Assembly (NCBI RefSeq): GCF_018350175.1
Contig: NC_058368.1
Coordinates: 12,648,001-12,712,000 of the forward strand
DNA: 64,000 nt
Reading direction: 5' to 3'
From: Felis catus
Taxonomy: Eukaryota
Every line of letters begins with the position of its first letter. Within the stretch, counting starts at the first letter, position 1. A program made the translations under genes and the position numbers. Under the pieces are notes generated by a model. That model was not told the origin of the DNA, made no database searches, and saw only the letters and a list, made by a program, of their open reading frames with translations. Below, in pieces: positions 27,253 through 40,698 of this stretch.

Positions 27253-29225
27253 GTCTCTTTTTCTCTCTGTCTCTCCCTCCCTCCCTCCTGCCTTGCCTGC
27301 AGAGTAACATCCTAATCTTTAATCTTTAATTGTCTAGGGTTTCTCTTTCTGGGTACCAGATATTCTTTCATATGATACAACTTTTTCAAATGGCTCTGGG
27401 TTACAAACTACATTTCAAAATATCCTCTATACTGTTTTATAAATATAAACTTTAATATGCTCAATGGCCCAGGACATACATCCCATTTCTACATTATTAT
27501 AACAAAAAATCATGGCTCTGTGGCCTCTGCTCTCTTTCCCAAGTTATACCGTATTCCTTTAGGTTCCTATAGTGAAAAGTGGGGGATTTGGGGATCCTGC
27601 CTAGTTGCAAAAATAGTCTAGACTACAGGGGCCCCAGGCAACTTCTGAGAAGCCTGGATAAATGCATTTACATAAGAAAACATCTCAGCTTATAAACTGT
27701 AAACATTAAAAATATAAAGTACAATCTATATCTATGTAGAAAAAAAAAGTGTTATAATTTGGAGTCACATAAAGGTTAGAAGTCCCTGACAAATGTGTGC
27801 TCTAGTTAAGTATCTGACATTGTATATGCCAACTTATTTATTCCTTAAATAAATGTCTATGAGGTCAATACAACATTGAATCAATGCTTTATATATACAC
27901 TACACTCTAAAGAGGGCTTACTGGTCAATTTCTATTTAATAAATAATTTGTATTTAAGGAGTTGCAAAAAAAAAAAAACTGGAAATACCATTATCTTTAC
28001 TCTTGACAATTTTCTTATGTATTTTCCTAACTTTTTATTACTTTAAAATAAAAGCCATATGCACAATATATCTATGCAGATTAGCAATTTCAGGCTCTTT
28101 TTCAAAAACAAATTAAATAAAAAATTTTGCCTCTTGATCTATTTCCTACTTGATTGCTTCCTGGGCAGAATGCCCTGCATAGGTATAACAGAAAAAAAAA
28201 TCTGAGGGGATCTGAGCCTATAATGATTTTATGTAACATTTATCAAACAGCTACAAAAAAATGTAAACTATAACCCTTTGTAGAAGTTTTATATGAAAAA
28301 GAAAACTAACAGGATAAAAGAACCCTAATACTGACTTTTGAACCAATGTGAAATAAATTTAGTTTCATGGAATTATACACAATTTACACTAATTAAATAC
28401 ATTACACTTAATTTTTCATTTATTGGTTCATGTGTATTAGTTTTGCTTTCCCATCGTTTTGTAATGCCTTTGAAAGGAGGGACCTTATTTTATAAAAGGC
28501 AAAGATATCAAGTAATGAGATTCATTTTTATGTGTGGCAAGTGGAAATACGTCATATTATATTATAATCATGCATCCTATATTTAGTTCATCCTGAGGCA
28601 AATAAACAAACAAATCAGCACATATAGCAGCTAATGTTACTTAGGAATAACAATTTTATTTCACCAAAAGCAGGTTAAGCTCAATTTTTCCCAGAGCTCT
28701 TAAAGGGAAAATACATTAGTATTGATCCCATTATAAAATATGTAAATCATTATTGAAATCTCTATAAGATTAAAGATCTTAAATGGCTGAAAGTCTGGGT
28801 GTACTTTTTATATACAAAAGCCTTGATTTTCCTCAGGTTACTGAACATCTCCAGTGACAATTAGATTGTATTATGGTGACAGGTATTAAAGTTTTGTTGG
28901 TCATGTTTTAAAGTAAATAGGTATTCTGGGATATGTTCTATGGAGCAAAGGTAGATAATCTATGAACTATACCTCAGAAGAACACCAAATATTTTAACTG
29001 ATACATTGTTCCTTTATTAGTTTAGTTGATGAGACCAGATTCAGAAAATACCTAGATTTAGGGCACCCTCTTGGCCTGGCTGTACCTTTTTACCTTACCA
29101 CAGTGCCCTGGTATTTAATATTAATAAATATTTTTAAAAACTTTGCCTTTTTCCATATTTCATATCGACGTTACAAACTTGATGGCATTTTGGAAAGAAA
29201 ACATGTTACTGGGGAAGCATTTGCT

Positions 29226-29448
29226 TTTTATTTATTTTATTTTTTTTTTATTTAAACAAGTTCTTTTTAATGTTTATTCATTTTTGAGAGACAGAGCATG
29301 AGCAGGGGAGGGTCAGAGAGAGGAAGACACAGAACCTGAAGCAGGCTCCAGGCTCCGGGCTGTCGGCAAAGAGCCCAACGCAAGGCTCAAACCCATGATC
29401 TGGGGGATCATGTCCTGATGCTCAACCAACTGAGCCACCCAGCCACCC
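29226..29448 (-). mobile_element. CAN-SINE
   Basis: Reverse element. Confidence 0.88.
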
Positions 29449-29668
29449 AGAGCAGCACTTGCTTTTAATGGTGTGTTCACTAATTATGGTTTTCTGCAGC
29501 GCACTCAGTGAAATGAGACATGACACCACATCCCTTCATGCACCAGCCCCCCACATGCCTCTCATCCAGGGCTCCCCAGTCTTTTCCCATTGGTTAGGCA
29601 ACACTCATGGTTTTTGTCACATCCCTGTACCTCCTATAATATTATTTATTTAATATTTTTAAAGACAA

Positions 29669-29887
29669 TTTTTCTTTATTTTTTTTAATGTTTTAATTTA
29701 TTTTTGAGAGAGAGAGAGCACACGAGCAGGGGAGGGGCAGAGAGAGAAGAAGACACAGAATCTGAAGCAGGTTCCAGGCTCTGAGCTGTCAGCACAGAGC
29801 CCAACATGGGGCTCAAACTCAAGAACCATGAGATCATGACCTGAGCTGAAGTCAGACACTTAGCCGACTGACCCACCCAGGCACCCC
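29669..29887 (-). mobile_element. CAN-SINE
   Basis: Reverse element. Confidence 0.9.
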
Positions 29888-31048
29888 AAAAGGCAAGGTT
29901 TTTAATCTGTGACAGAACATAATAGATGAAAGCACATCATCCCAGAGGAAGGACTTTGGTCTCATCTTTATCCAGAAGATTTTGACATCAATGAACCACT
30001 TCTAATATTTATAAGATTACAGGTTCCTTTAAATTGTACCAGACCAAAAAGATTATTTCAACTTTACTTAGAGATATGGAAAAATAATGAATGCAAAATC
30101 AATAAAATATAGTTGAGACATATTTCTAAACTTGATGGAGTTATTTACGTAGGGATGCAGACCCACCCAAATAGCACAAGTTGTTACATTTTCTATCTAA
30201 AACCACTGTTTTCACAGTGATGGTACATATACCTCCCTATTTTGTGTACATAAATATTTGCCATAACACAAAAAAAAACAACCCAAAGCCCTAATACGGT
30301 ATGTCTAAAGTATAATTTATTAGATAAATTATTTTAAAATGAAAAATCACCATTAATTTCAGGTTTACTCTTTGCATATATTGCCATGTCAAATGTTTAC
30401 ATGACTTTTTAGTGAGATTATTGTCTGGTTATTGTCTTATATATTAAATACTAAATAGGAATTCTACATTGTAGTTTGTAAAAATACGGACTTCCAATAT
30501 AACCTTTGATGGCTGCCTTCTCTTGTTTAGTGCTACTATGACAAATGAAAGCTTCGATGGTAAATATTAATTAGAGCAAGAATGAACTGGCCTACACAAC
30601 GTGCTCACAACCACCCCTTCACTTTTGCCCCCACCCCGTGTCCAGGCCATTTCAGCCCATTACAGCTTATATGTGCTTGGTTCAGTGGCTTTGTGCATTA
30701 TGTTACCTAGCTTTAACTTAACTAACCTTCACATAAGGGAGACGTGAAGCAAAAGGATGCTGTAAAGAAACCAGCAAATGCAGACAACACTGAGAATATA
30801 AGCACAAGTGGAGAAGAGTATGTCTGAATGGCCCTGCTCCTTGTTCTACTATGAGCTCTGTGTCAACTCCATTAAGAGACAAAAGTCATCTCATTAGTTC
30901 TTACAAGAACTAGTCCAGCCACTTTTTGAAATTTTCAAGAAGACCGTCTTAAATATGCCTTTTTATCTATTACCATTGACAAAGGACTTCACTCTTACAT
31001 TCACTTAGCTAATGACAGCATAAACCATCAAAATTAGCCAATCACTTA

Positions 31049-31151
31049 GGGGCACCTGGGTGGCTCAGCTGGTTAAGCATCCAACTCTTGGTATCATGAG
31101 TTTGAGCCCGGTGTTGGGCTCTGGGCTGACAGTGCAGAGCCTGCTTGGGAT

Positions 31152-31197
<46 letters not shown>

Positions 31198-31243
31198 CCT
31201 CCCCCACTCACAGTGTCTGTCTGAAAATAAATAAATAAACTTT
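31049..31243 (+). mobile_element. CAN-SINE
   Basis: Head and long (CT)n. Confidence 0.9.
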
Positions 31244-31260
31244 AAAAACAAAAAGGTCTA

Positions 31261-31474
31261 GGGGCGCCTGGGTGGCGCAGTCGGTTAAGTGTCCAACTTC
31301 AGCCAGGTCACGATCTCGCGGTCCGTGAGTTCCAGCCCCGCGTTGGGCTCTGGGCTGATGGCTCGGAGCCTGGAGCCTGTTTCCGATTCCGTGTCTCCCT
31401 CTCTCTCTGCCCCTCCCCCGTTCATGCTCTCTCTCTGTCCCAAAAATAAATAAACATTGAAAAAAAAAATTTAA
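31261..31474 (+). mobile_element. Young feline CAN-SINE
   Basis: TSD aaaaacaaaaaggtcta at 31244-31260 and 31475-31491. Confidence 0.95.
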
Positions 31475-31692
31475 AAAAACAAAAAGGTCTAAAACAATTA
31501 GCTGATCATTAAAATATTATTTAGTTCCTCCTTAATTCCATTCTTTTAAAAACTTCTATTTTATGCATATTTTATATTGTATATAATAACTAGTAATAAA
31601 TGGTATAATATGTAAATAAACACATTAATATATGCTGGAGATATATTTTTAAATGTTTTACTAATAGGGATATGCTATCAAAAATGTTCATA

Positions 31693-31890
31693 GGGGCGCC
31701 TGAGTGGCGCAGTTGGTTAAACGTCCAACTTCATGATCTCACGGTTCGTGGGTTCAAGCCCTGTGTTGGGTTCTGTGCTGACAGCTCAGAGCCTGGAGCC
31801 TGCTTCATATTCTGTGTCTCCCTCTCTCTCTGCCCCTCCCCTACTTGCACTCTGTCCTTCTCTCTCAAAAATAAATAAACATTAAAAATT
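31693..31890 (+). mobile_element. CAN-SINE
   Basis: Head, CT tract, tail. Confidence 0.9.
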
Positions 31891-32589
31891 TTTTAAAAAT
31901 GTTTACAGAATATGGGTAGTGGGTTGACACTAGCAGTTTGTCTTGTTTTTCTTTCTGAAGTAACTAACATTCATTCCACATCGATCATATCAAGGATTTA
32001 GTTGCTCTCAGTTTTTTAAAGAGGTGACTAATGTGTATATTTTGATAAATTCTTTAAAAATCAAGTGTCAAACGAAATTTCAACATGTTGGATATATTTG
32101 AGTTTAGCTGTCAAACTTGCTCATCTAATCTGTACAACCAGCAAGTTCATTTCAGGTAGGTACCAAGAGTTTTTAAACTAATCCCACTGCCACCTTCTCC
32201 CTGCTGCTTTTCATCATAGGAAGAAGGAGTATAGCATCTTGTACAGGAAAAACCTTAGATGGAGCTGATCATTGCTTTAAAATACAGCTCATTCTTAGGA
32301 CCCAAATGAAAAAAAAAACTTACTGGGTGATTAATAAAACTATGTGGTTGAAACATTTAGAAAATAAGAGATTTAGATTTTAAATGAAAATGAATAAGGA
32401 ATATCAACTATTTTAATTAACTTAGCACTTTATGGCTTGCAAAGTGCTATAACATTTTCATTATCTACTATGTGTCTATTTTTTTTAAGAAAAAAAAATA
32501 AGATGTATCTATGGGTTAAGAAAAATGTAGGAAAAGTTTACATTTGAAAAGTTCCCAAAAAAGCTATTTTTTTAAATTTTTTAATATTT

Positions 32590-33256
32590 ATTTATTTATT
32601 TATTTATTTTTAATTTTTTTTCAACGTTTATTTATTTTTGGGACAGAGAGAGACAGAGCATGAACGGGGGAGGGGCAGAGAGAGAGGGAGACACAGAATC
32701 GGAAACAGGCTCCAGGCTCTGAGCCATCAGCCCAGAGCCCGACGCGGGGCTCGAACTCACGGACCGCGAGATCGTGACCTGGCTGAAGTTGGACGCTTAA
32801 CCGACTACGCCACCCAGGCGCCCCTAATGTTTATTTATTTTTGAGAGAGAGAGGGAGAGAGAGAGTACAAGCAGAGAAGGGACATAGAGAGAGGGAGACA
32901 CAGATTCTAAAGCAGGCTCCAGGCTCCAAGCTGTCAGCACACAGCCCGATGCGGGGCTTGAACTCACATGCTGTGAGATCATGACCTGAGCTGAAGTCAG
33001 ATGTTCTACTGACTGAGCCACCCAGGCGCCCCTTTTTTTAAATTATTTTTTAACGTTTATTTATTTTTGAGAGAGACAGAGACTGAGCACGAGCAGGGGA
33101 GGGCAGAGAGACAGAGGGAGACACAGAATCCAAAGCAGGCTCCAGGCGCTGAGCTGTTAGCACAGAGCCTGACATGGGACTCGAATCCACAAACCATAAA
33201 ATCATGACCTAAGCCAAAGTCAGTCTCTTGACCGACTGAGCCACCCAGGTGCCCCC
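32590..33256 (-). mobile_element. Three stacked CAN-SINEs (about 32590-32824 young, 32825-33032, 33033-33256)
   Basis: Three consecutive reverse heads and tails. Confidence 0.93.
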
Positions 33257-33720
33257 AAAGCTAGCTAATTTTATTCACTGAGTTATTATGATTTCTTACT
33301 AGTATGAGATTTACATATTTACCAATCCTTTCTTTACTACAGCTGAGCAAATAGTTGACCAACCCAGTGAGCTCTGGAGCAAAGGAATTTATATACTTAT
33401 TTCTTTATCCCTGTGCCAGCGGCACCAGCACTGAACTCAGAATCTGGAAGAGACAACTGGACTTCCTCCCCCATTGACCAAAATTCTATATTTTGGGGGA
33501 TAGGGAAACAGATAGAAAGAAGGCCACAGCACCCCATTCTGAACTGCTATGCTTTTGCACATGCCATTCTTTCTACCTAGGATGCCCCTCTCCTTCCTTG
33601 GTAGCCACAGCATCTAATGCTCAAGCAGAATGATGTGGACACAGCTAATAGTGCCAAAAAAAAAAAAAAATCAACATGGGACTGATATCTTCAGTGGCTT
33701 GAGATTGCAGGTCTATTTCC

Positions 33721-33937
33721 TTTTTTTTTTTTTTTAATTTTTCAACGTTTATTTATTTTTCAGACAGAGAGAGACAGAGCATGAACGGCTGAAGGTCAGA
33801 AAGAGGGAGACACAGAATCTGAAGCAGGCTCCAGGCTCTGAGCTGTCAGTACAGAGCCTGATGTGGGGCTCGAACCCAAGGACCGTGAGATCATGACCTG
33901 AGCGGAAGCCGGACGCTTAACCGACTGAGCCACCCAG
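33721..33937 (-). mobile_element. CAN-SINE
   Basis: Reverse element, head slightly truncated. Confidence 0.9.
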
Positions 33938-34126
33938 TTAGTAGATTAATATTAGTAGATCAGTTAAGATAACACATTGTTTCTACACCAATTGGCTATT
34001 TTTTCTTCAAATATTTTGAATTATTGTTGGTGCCACTCTTTTGATGGTTGATAACTGTAATAAATCTGCTTTCAACTGGCTAATTTTCTCATTAAGAAAA
34101 ATAAAAACTACATATCAGTTATCCAC

Positions 34127-34325
34127 ATTATTGATGGTCTATTCCTCAAATGTTTTTCTTCACAGTAACAAAATTGAAGGGAATTTAGAATCTTTTTCAC
34201 CAAAGGTAGGATAAAAAGCAATACAGTGTGAGAGATTTCAATTAGACATACAATAATATGGCTTAGAGTTACAATCTTCAACATAGTTTGATGGGATTCA
34301 GTGGAATCTTCTTCTTTGGAAGGCA
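34127..34325 (-). pseudogene. Cadherin pseudogene transmembrane-like exon
   Basis: Acceptor cttttataag|, open: PSKEEDSTESHQTMLKIVTLSHIIVCLIEISHTVLLFILPLVKKILNSLQFCYCEEKHLR. A hydrophobic stretch is followed by KK and CxC, downstream of the repeat exons. Weak donor. Confidence 0.45.
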
Positions 34326-35212
34326 CTTATAAAAGCATTCTTAGTGATTTTAGTATTTTAATGCTTTAATTGCTGGTTTAAAACCATCACCTGTCTGATG
34401 GCAGCTGGAAGTACTCATCTTTAAAACAGTCCCTTAAAATGCTATTATTCAATGAAAACAATAGCCAGCATTTGTTCAGAATTTCCTATTTTACAAAAGC
34501 CCTTTCAAATATATTTTCTTATATAATCTTTATCACAGTACTGACAGCTATGCATAATTATTTCCATTTCTTTAACCACAGAAGCAGATTCTTGATTAAA
34601 TAATTTGCATAAAGTACTACAAGCGTGTGCAGCACAGACCTTGGATTCAAACTAATCTAAACCAGATCCACCGATGTTTGTTTTGATCATGACAGAGGTG
34701 ATTGTGATGGTGACAGCCTCTAGTCTACAAAACAGTAAGCTCACAGAAAGATGGAGTTTCACTCTTTAAAGTGTTTTAACCTCATTATAAATATTACACT
34801 ATAAAATATAAATTGTTTCACGCTGTTGCATTACAAAAACAAAGAAGTTCATCAGGTACTAAAAAGGGAAGAGATCTGTGCATTTTCCTATTTGCAAATT
34901 TTACCTTCAAAAACATGAAGGAAATTATTAATACCCTGTAATGTCATAAAGCAAAAGATGGTAAATAATCAGAGTTCTTGATAATAATATGAGCTCCTGA
35001 ATAGAGAGCCCACAAAGAGACCGACACAAATGTAATCAATCGATCTTTGACAAGGGAACAAAGGCAATTCAATGGAGAACAGATAGTCTTTTTAACAAAT
35101 GGTGCTGGAACAACAGGACATCCATGCGCAAAAAAAAAAAAAAAAAAAATGAATCTTAGAGACTTTACACCTTTCACAAATATTAACTCAAGAACAATCA
35201 TAGACCTAAATT

Positions 35213-35445
35213 TATTTTTTAAAACATTTTTATGTTAATTTATTTTTGAGAGAGACAGAGAGAGACAGAGAGAGAGCACAAGCAGGAGAGGAGGAAAGAG
35301 AGAGAGGGAGACACAGAATCCAAAGCAGGCTCCAGGGTCTGAGCTGTCAGCACATAGCCCGATGCGGGGCTCGAACCCACAAAACGTGAGATCATGACCT
35401 GAGCAGAAGTCAGATGCTCAACAGACTGAGCCACCCAGGCACCCC
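35213..35445 (-). mobile_element. CAN-SINE inserted in L1
   Basis: TSD tcatagacctaaatt at 35198-35212 and 35446-35460. Confidence 0.95.
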
Positions 35446-36047
35446 TCATAGACCTAAATTTAAAATGCAAAACTATAAGACTCCTAGAATATAACAGATG
35501 AGAAAATGTATGCAACCTTCATTTTGACAATGATTTTTTAGATGAAACATTAAAAGCATAATTCATGAAAGAAAATATTGGTAAGTTGGACTTCGTTAAA
35601 AGTTCAAAACTTCTGCTCTGTGAAAGACAGTGTTAAAAGAATGAAAGGCAGGTTTAAAAAAAAGGAATCTTTGCAAAACATGTATTTGATAAAGGACTGG
35701 TATCTCACATCTACAAAGAACTCTTAAAATTCAACAATAAGAACACAAACAATCCAATTGAAAATTGGCAAAGAATCTGGGCAGAATCCTTACCAAAGAA
35801 GACACACAAATGGCAAATTTTTATAAATCCATAAAAAGATGTTCAATATCTGTCATCAGGGATTGCAATGAAAACAACAGGTTACCAATACACATCTATT
35901 AGAATGGCTAAAATCTAAAGCACTGACAACCCAGTGCTGGTGAGGGTGTGGAGTAAGAGGAATTCACATGCATTGCTGATGAGAATGCAAAATGGCGCAG
36001 TCACTTTGGAAGACAGTGTGGAGGTTTCTTACAAAATGAAATATACT

Positions 36048-36258
36048 CTTTTTTTTTTTGAAGTTTATTTATTTATTTATGAGAGAGAGAGCATAAGCAG
36101 AGGAGGGGCAGAGAGAGAGGGAGACAGAAAATCCCAAGCAGGCTCCACACTGTCAGTACAGAGCCCGATGTGGGGCTTGAACTCAAAAACTGTGAGATCA
36201 TGACCTGAGCTGAAATCAAGAGTCAGATGTTTAACCAACTGAGCCACTCAGGCACCCC
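36048..36258 (-). mobile_element. CAN-SINE inserted in L1
   Basis: Reverse element; atactcttt on both sides. Confidence 0.9.
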
Positions 36259-37226
36259 AAAACATACTCTTACCATATGAGCCTACAATAGTGCTCCTTG
36301 GTGTTTGCCTAAATGAGTTGAAAACTTAAGTCCACACAAATACGTGTATGCACATGTTTATTTTAGTTTTATTCATAATTATCAAAACTTGGAAGCAAAC
36401 AAGAAATCCTTTGGTAGGTGAATGGATAAATAAGCTGTGGCACATCTAGACATGGAATATTACTCAGTGATGAAAATAAATGGTCTATCAAGCTATAAAA
36501 AGACACAGAAAACTTACATACATGTTGTTAAAATGAAGTAAGGCAACCTAAGAAGTCCACATACTGTATAATCCCACCCATATGATATCCTGGAAAAGAC
36601 AAAAGTATGGAGACTATTGAAAGATCAGTGGTTGCCAGAGATTCAGAGAGAGGGATAGATGGATGAATTGGTGGAGGACACGGGATTTTTAGGGCAGTGA
36701 AACTATTCCTTATGATACAGTAATGGTAGATATATATCATTACTCATTTGTCAAATGCACATTATGTATAATAGAAATGGGAACCCTAATGTAAGCTGTT
36801 GACTTCAGTTAATACTGTTTTAATATTAACTCATCAATTGTAACAAACATACCGCACTAATCCAAGATGCTAGTAAGGGAAATAGACAGTGTTGGGGGCA
36901 GGGAAGGAGGGTGATGAGATATATGGGAATTCTGTACTTTCTGCACAGTTTTTCTGTGAGCCTAAAACAACAAAACACAAAGGGTGTGAAGGAGGTAAAG
37001 AAGAATCAAAGGAAGGAAATCACCTTGATTCAAAGCCAGCTTGGCTCAAATTTTTATCTTTACCTATAGCAAGCTAGACTTACAGTATCAGGACTTCAAG
37101 ATTAGAAAATACACATACCTATACACTTCTCCAACTCTCCCAGGGAAACACAAAAAAGGTATCAAAATGATAATAATTAAATGGATACTTCTTAAGAAGC
37201 CCAGCTTTAATATTCTCACAAAAATT

Positions 37227-37428
37227 GGGACGCTTGGGTGGCTCAGTTGGTTGGGCGTCTGAATCTTGATTTTGGCTCAGGTCATGACCTTATGGTTCGT
37301 GAGTTCAAGCCCCGTAATGGGCTTGAGAATCCCTGCTTGGGATTCTCTCTTTCCGTCTCTTTCTGCCCCTCCCCCACTTGCACTCTTTCTCTGTTTCTCT
37401 CTCAAAATAAACAAAAACATTAAAAAAT
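37227..37428 (+). mobile_element. CAN-SINE
   Basis: Head, CT tract, tail. Confidence 0.88.
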
Positions 37429-37947
37429 ATTCCCACATATTCCCAAATATTATAGTTCAGTGGCCTTAAGGACATTATTTACCTTCTTCTGTTTAATTTA
37501 ATACTTGCTAACCAAATTCAAATAAGTAGAATTTGATTTTTAAAAATACATCATAAACATGAGAAAATTTTCTGGACAATTAATGGACAATTTTTTGGAC
37601 AATTAGCCTTTTCATCATGCCCATTTTCACCATAATTTAGCTTTTGAGAACAGAATGATGATTGTCAGACTATTTTAGTATTCAGTATTTATCGATCCAT
37701 TACTAGAATTCTGGTCTTAAAACATGACAGTCATAGAAGAATTTCCCTTAGACGGTCACCCAAAGCTTTTCCCATCATAAGCCTGGAGGAGATCTATGAA
37801 ACTCTAAATAAAAACCTTTGAAAAGTTCTCAAAGTGTTTTTTTAGAGTGCTATGAACTCAGTGGGCACAAGATCAATTCTATAATTTCTTTCAGTAGTTA
37901 CTATAATAAAATAACCCTATTCCATCCTATATTAAAAAATAAGGGTC

Positions 37948-38170
37948 AGGGTGCCTAGGTGGCTCACTGGGTTAAGTGTTCAACTCTTGATCTCAACTTA
38001 GGTCATGATCTCACAGTTTATGGGTTCGAGGTCCACATCAGGCTCTGCACTGACACTGGGGACCTTGCTTGGAATTCCCACTCTCCCCCTCTCGCTCTGC
38101 CCCCCCCATCCCCACTTGTGTGCACATGCTCTTGCCCTCTTTCAAAAATAAATAAATAAACTAAAAAAAA
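37948..38170 (+). mobile_element. CAN-SINE
   Basis: Diverged head and tail. Confidence 0.88.
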
Positions 38171-38559
38171 TAATAACAAGGGTTTACCGACAATATCCGC
38201 TTAAATTTGTTAGGCCTCAAAGAGATTTGTTGTCTGTTGCATTGTCAAACTGGCATTTCAATTTACTATTCATCCTATTTATATATACTGTACATAAAAT
38301 CAAACTATAAATATTTAATAATACAAAGTAACTAATTTATTTTACACAACTCAGGAGGAATTAATATTTTTAAAGCTAATGCATTTCATGGAGAAGATAA
38401 CACATACTGAAAATGAATGATTTGATAAAGAGTTGTATTTGATTTCAACAGTACTAGGCACATACATATTAATGGATGCTTGTAGAATGAGAAGCTGAAC
38501 GAATGAATGAATACATACTCCTAAATTTAACAAAACAATAAGGGAAACTTACTAACATT

Positions 38560-38765
38560 TACCCAACATCTACTGTGTACCAGGCACTCTTTGTACCTTA
38601 TCATTTAACAACACAGCCAACTATCATTACTTAAACAATTGCCGATGAGAAAACTGAGTCTGAGAAGGGCTAAGTAATTTGTCCAAGGTTACACAGCTAT
38701 TAAGGGGAAAAGCTGGGATACATATCTTGAATGTTTTTGACTCCTATTCTCATGCTTTTATTTAC
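38560..38765 (-). mobile_element. MIR SINE
   Basis: gatgagaaaactgagtctgagaagggctaagtaatttgtccaaggttacacagct. Confidence 0.75.
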
Positions 38766-38889
38766 CAAACATTGCCTCTGAGAGATGAAGACTGGAGATC
38801 TGAACATCTGAAATCATGACATCCTCAAACATCCTCTCTTCTTGACATTTTGCCCAAAAGAAGAAGGTAGAATTAAGAGCATGCCAACA

Positions 38890-38946
38890 GTTCTTAAAAT
38901 ATTGCAGAGGGCTCTGAATTTCCCACGGTACAACACAGCAGATATA
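38890..38946 (-). pseudogene. Possible juxtamembrane exon remnant
   Basis: ttttgtag| YICCVVPWEIQSP resembles the ...VVPW... end of the last repeat in CDHR3-like proteins. No clear donor. Confidence 0.2.
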
Positions 38947-39772
38947 CTACAAAATGTCCAGAGTGCCCTGACATGTACCCCAAACCTAAACTCTTTCTCA
39001 CAAAAGTTCCTGATTAAGCCATGAGAAATATTTTCATTTTCACAGAGAAACTTGTAAACCTACATTTGTTTCTAACTGACATAGAACAGAGGTGAAATTT
39101 TGAAAGAAGAGGGATCCTATTTCTTATATCCCCTAACCAATTTCAGTTTCTACCAATTCTTCCAACTTTTCTTGAAAGGTCAGGATAGTGGGGATGAACA
39201 GAGAGGTGCTTTTTTCAACCCAGCCTCCTCTAACCCTCTCCCTCCTGCCCTGAAGATTTTCTGTGAGTGGTCTTTTTGGGACACTGTTCAAAACAAATTC
39301 ATTTCATAATGACATAATGGAAACCAGGAAAATGGTTTCAATTGCTTTGTGTTTTCTTTTGCTACTTGGAATTGGCATGATCTGCAGAAGTCAATAGGTT
39401 TACTTTACAGAAATTGTCATTGTCAGTCAGCTTCACTAATTCATTAACCCAGTGATAATCACAGATTTATCATAGTGAGAAAAGGGGCACATGGAAACAA
39501 ACACTATTAACGGTGTGAACCTTTGAACTCTGATGAACTCATATGTATAAGGGTTGAAATTTTATGCCAAGCTCAAAGGGATAACTATCCTACCAAAGTA
39601 ACTCTGACTCTCAGACCAGAATTTTCTATTGTCCCAGAGTTACCCACCCACCTACCCCCCTTTGTTTGGGGACAGTTGACATTTTTGATACACTGTCATT
39701 AGAAGAAAAGGGGCATCGTTAACCTTCTAACAACATTAGAGGGTTTCCAGTTCTCAGTACTGCACTACTTAC

Positions 39773-40016
39773 AGCTGGAGAACATTCCCAGACATGCTGA
39801 CACAGTTCGACAGCTGGAATAAGGTGTCTTGATCCAACATGCCGATGTAGTGAAAGGGCCAGATGTTAAATGAGCACAGGAACCAGTTATCTGATCCTTT
39901 TGGTCCCGCTAATTTGTTGGTAAACCAGATGTCCAGAGTTGTGCAACATATTTGGATGAAGGATGGCCACAGTAGGCTCGTGAACATGATGTGTGAATCC
40001 TACACCTGCGTTGCTC
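39773..40016 (-). pseudogene. Cadherin pseudogene exon, membrane-proximal repeat, one in-frame stop
   Basis: 244 nt ending at consensus donor ct|gtaagt: GATQV*DSHIMFTSLLWPSFIQICCTTLDIWFTNKLAGPKGSDNWF...GMLDQDTLFQLSNCVSMSGNVLQL. The C.T.LD, WF, LDxD and FQL..V...G...L elements fit a CDHR3/4-type repeat. The acceptor lacks a good pyrimidine tract. Confidence 0.6.
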
Positions 40017-40522
40017 CTGTGGGACTGCCCTCTCTCCCATCCTACCTTGAGTGAACTTGCTCTGATGTTAGTTCTCATTTGAGATTCTTGCCAAGCACAC
40101 AGAATCCTGGCATGTGACAGCAGTGGTGGTCTGCAATTCTCCCTATTTGTCAATTTCCTTATAGTTTCAGACACTTTCACTGCAGTTAAAATCTTGTAGC
40201 ACTAAAGTCTGCATCTGCAACTATTACCCATCATTAATGGAATTACATAAGACCTCCATGTCTGGAAGCCAGGCCTCATGTGAATTGCTGTATCGCTGCC
40301 TCTAATTTTAACATCAGTCCTGCAAGATAAGCAGGATTAGTTTCATTTTGAAGACTGAGAAACAGACACTTAGATTAAAATGTTTTTATCAAATCCCTTA
40401 TAAACAACTACCCATATACTTTTAGGTTCTACATCTCACGTGTTCTAATAGTGGCTGGACCTTAAACATTTCTTCAGCACTCTTGACTCTGAATTGTTCT
40501 TCAAACTTTTCCCTGTCTAGAC

Positions 40523-40697
40523 CAGTGCTTCTCAAATTTTAATGCACATGGGAATTACCAGAGTATCTTATTAAAAACGCAGATTTGACTCAGCAGGTCT
40601 GGGTTGGAGCCTGAGATTCTGCATTTCTAACATTTTTCCAGATGCTGCCAAATGCACCTGATCCCCAGACGATAGCTTAGGAAGAAGGTTTCTAGAA
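40523..40697 (+). mobile_element. MER5B-like MITE
   Basis: cagtgcttctcaaattttaatgcac...gcctgagattctgcatttctaaca. Confidence 0.8.
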
Positions 40698-40698
40698 C

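Larger units (their letters stand above)
34985..36970 (+). mobile_element. L1 (L1MC-like) ORF2 C-terminus + 3'UTR, interrupted by two SINEs
   Basis: gatctttgacaaggg...ttttaacaaatggtgctggaacaac, cagtcactttggaagacag, and an L1MC-type tail gatcagtggttgccag...ttttagggcagtgaaactatt. Confidence 0.9.

Noticed and set aside
34169..34208. Plus-strand 40-nt micro-exon (NKIEGNLESFSPK) with good splice sites
   Set aside because: It lies antisense within the transmembrane-like exon, and I do not recognise the peptide. Probably chance, though it could belong to the plus-strand chain.
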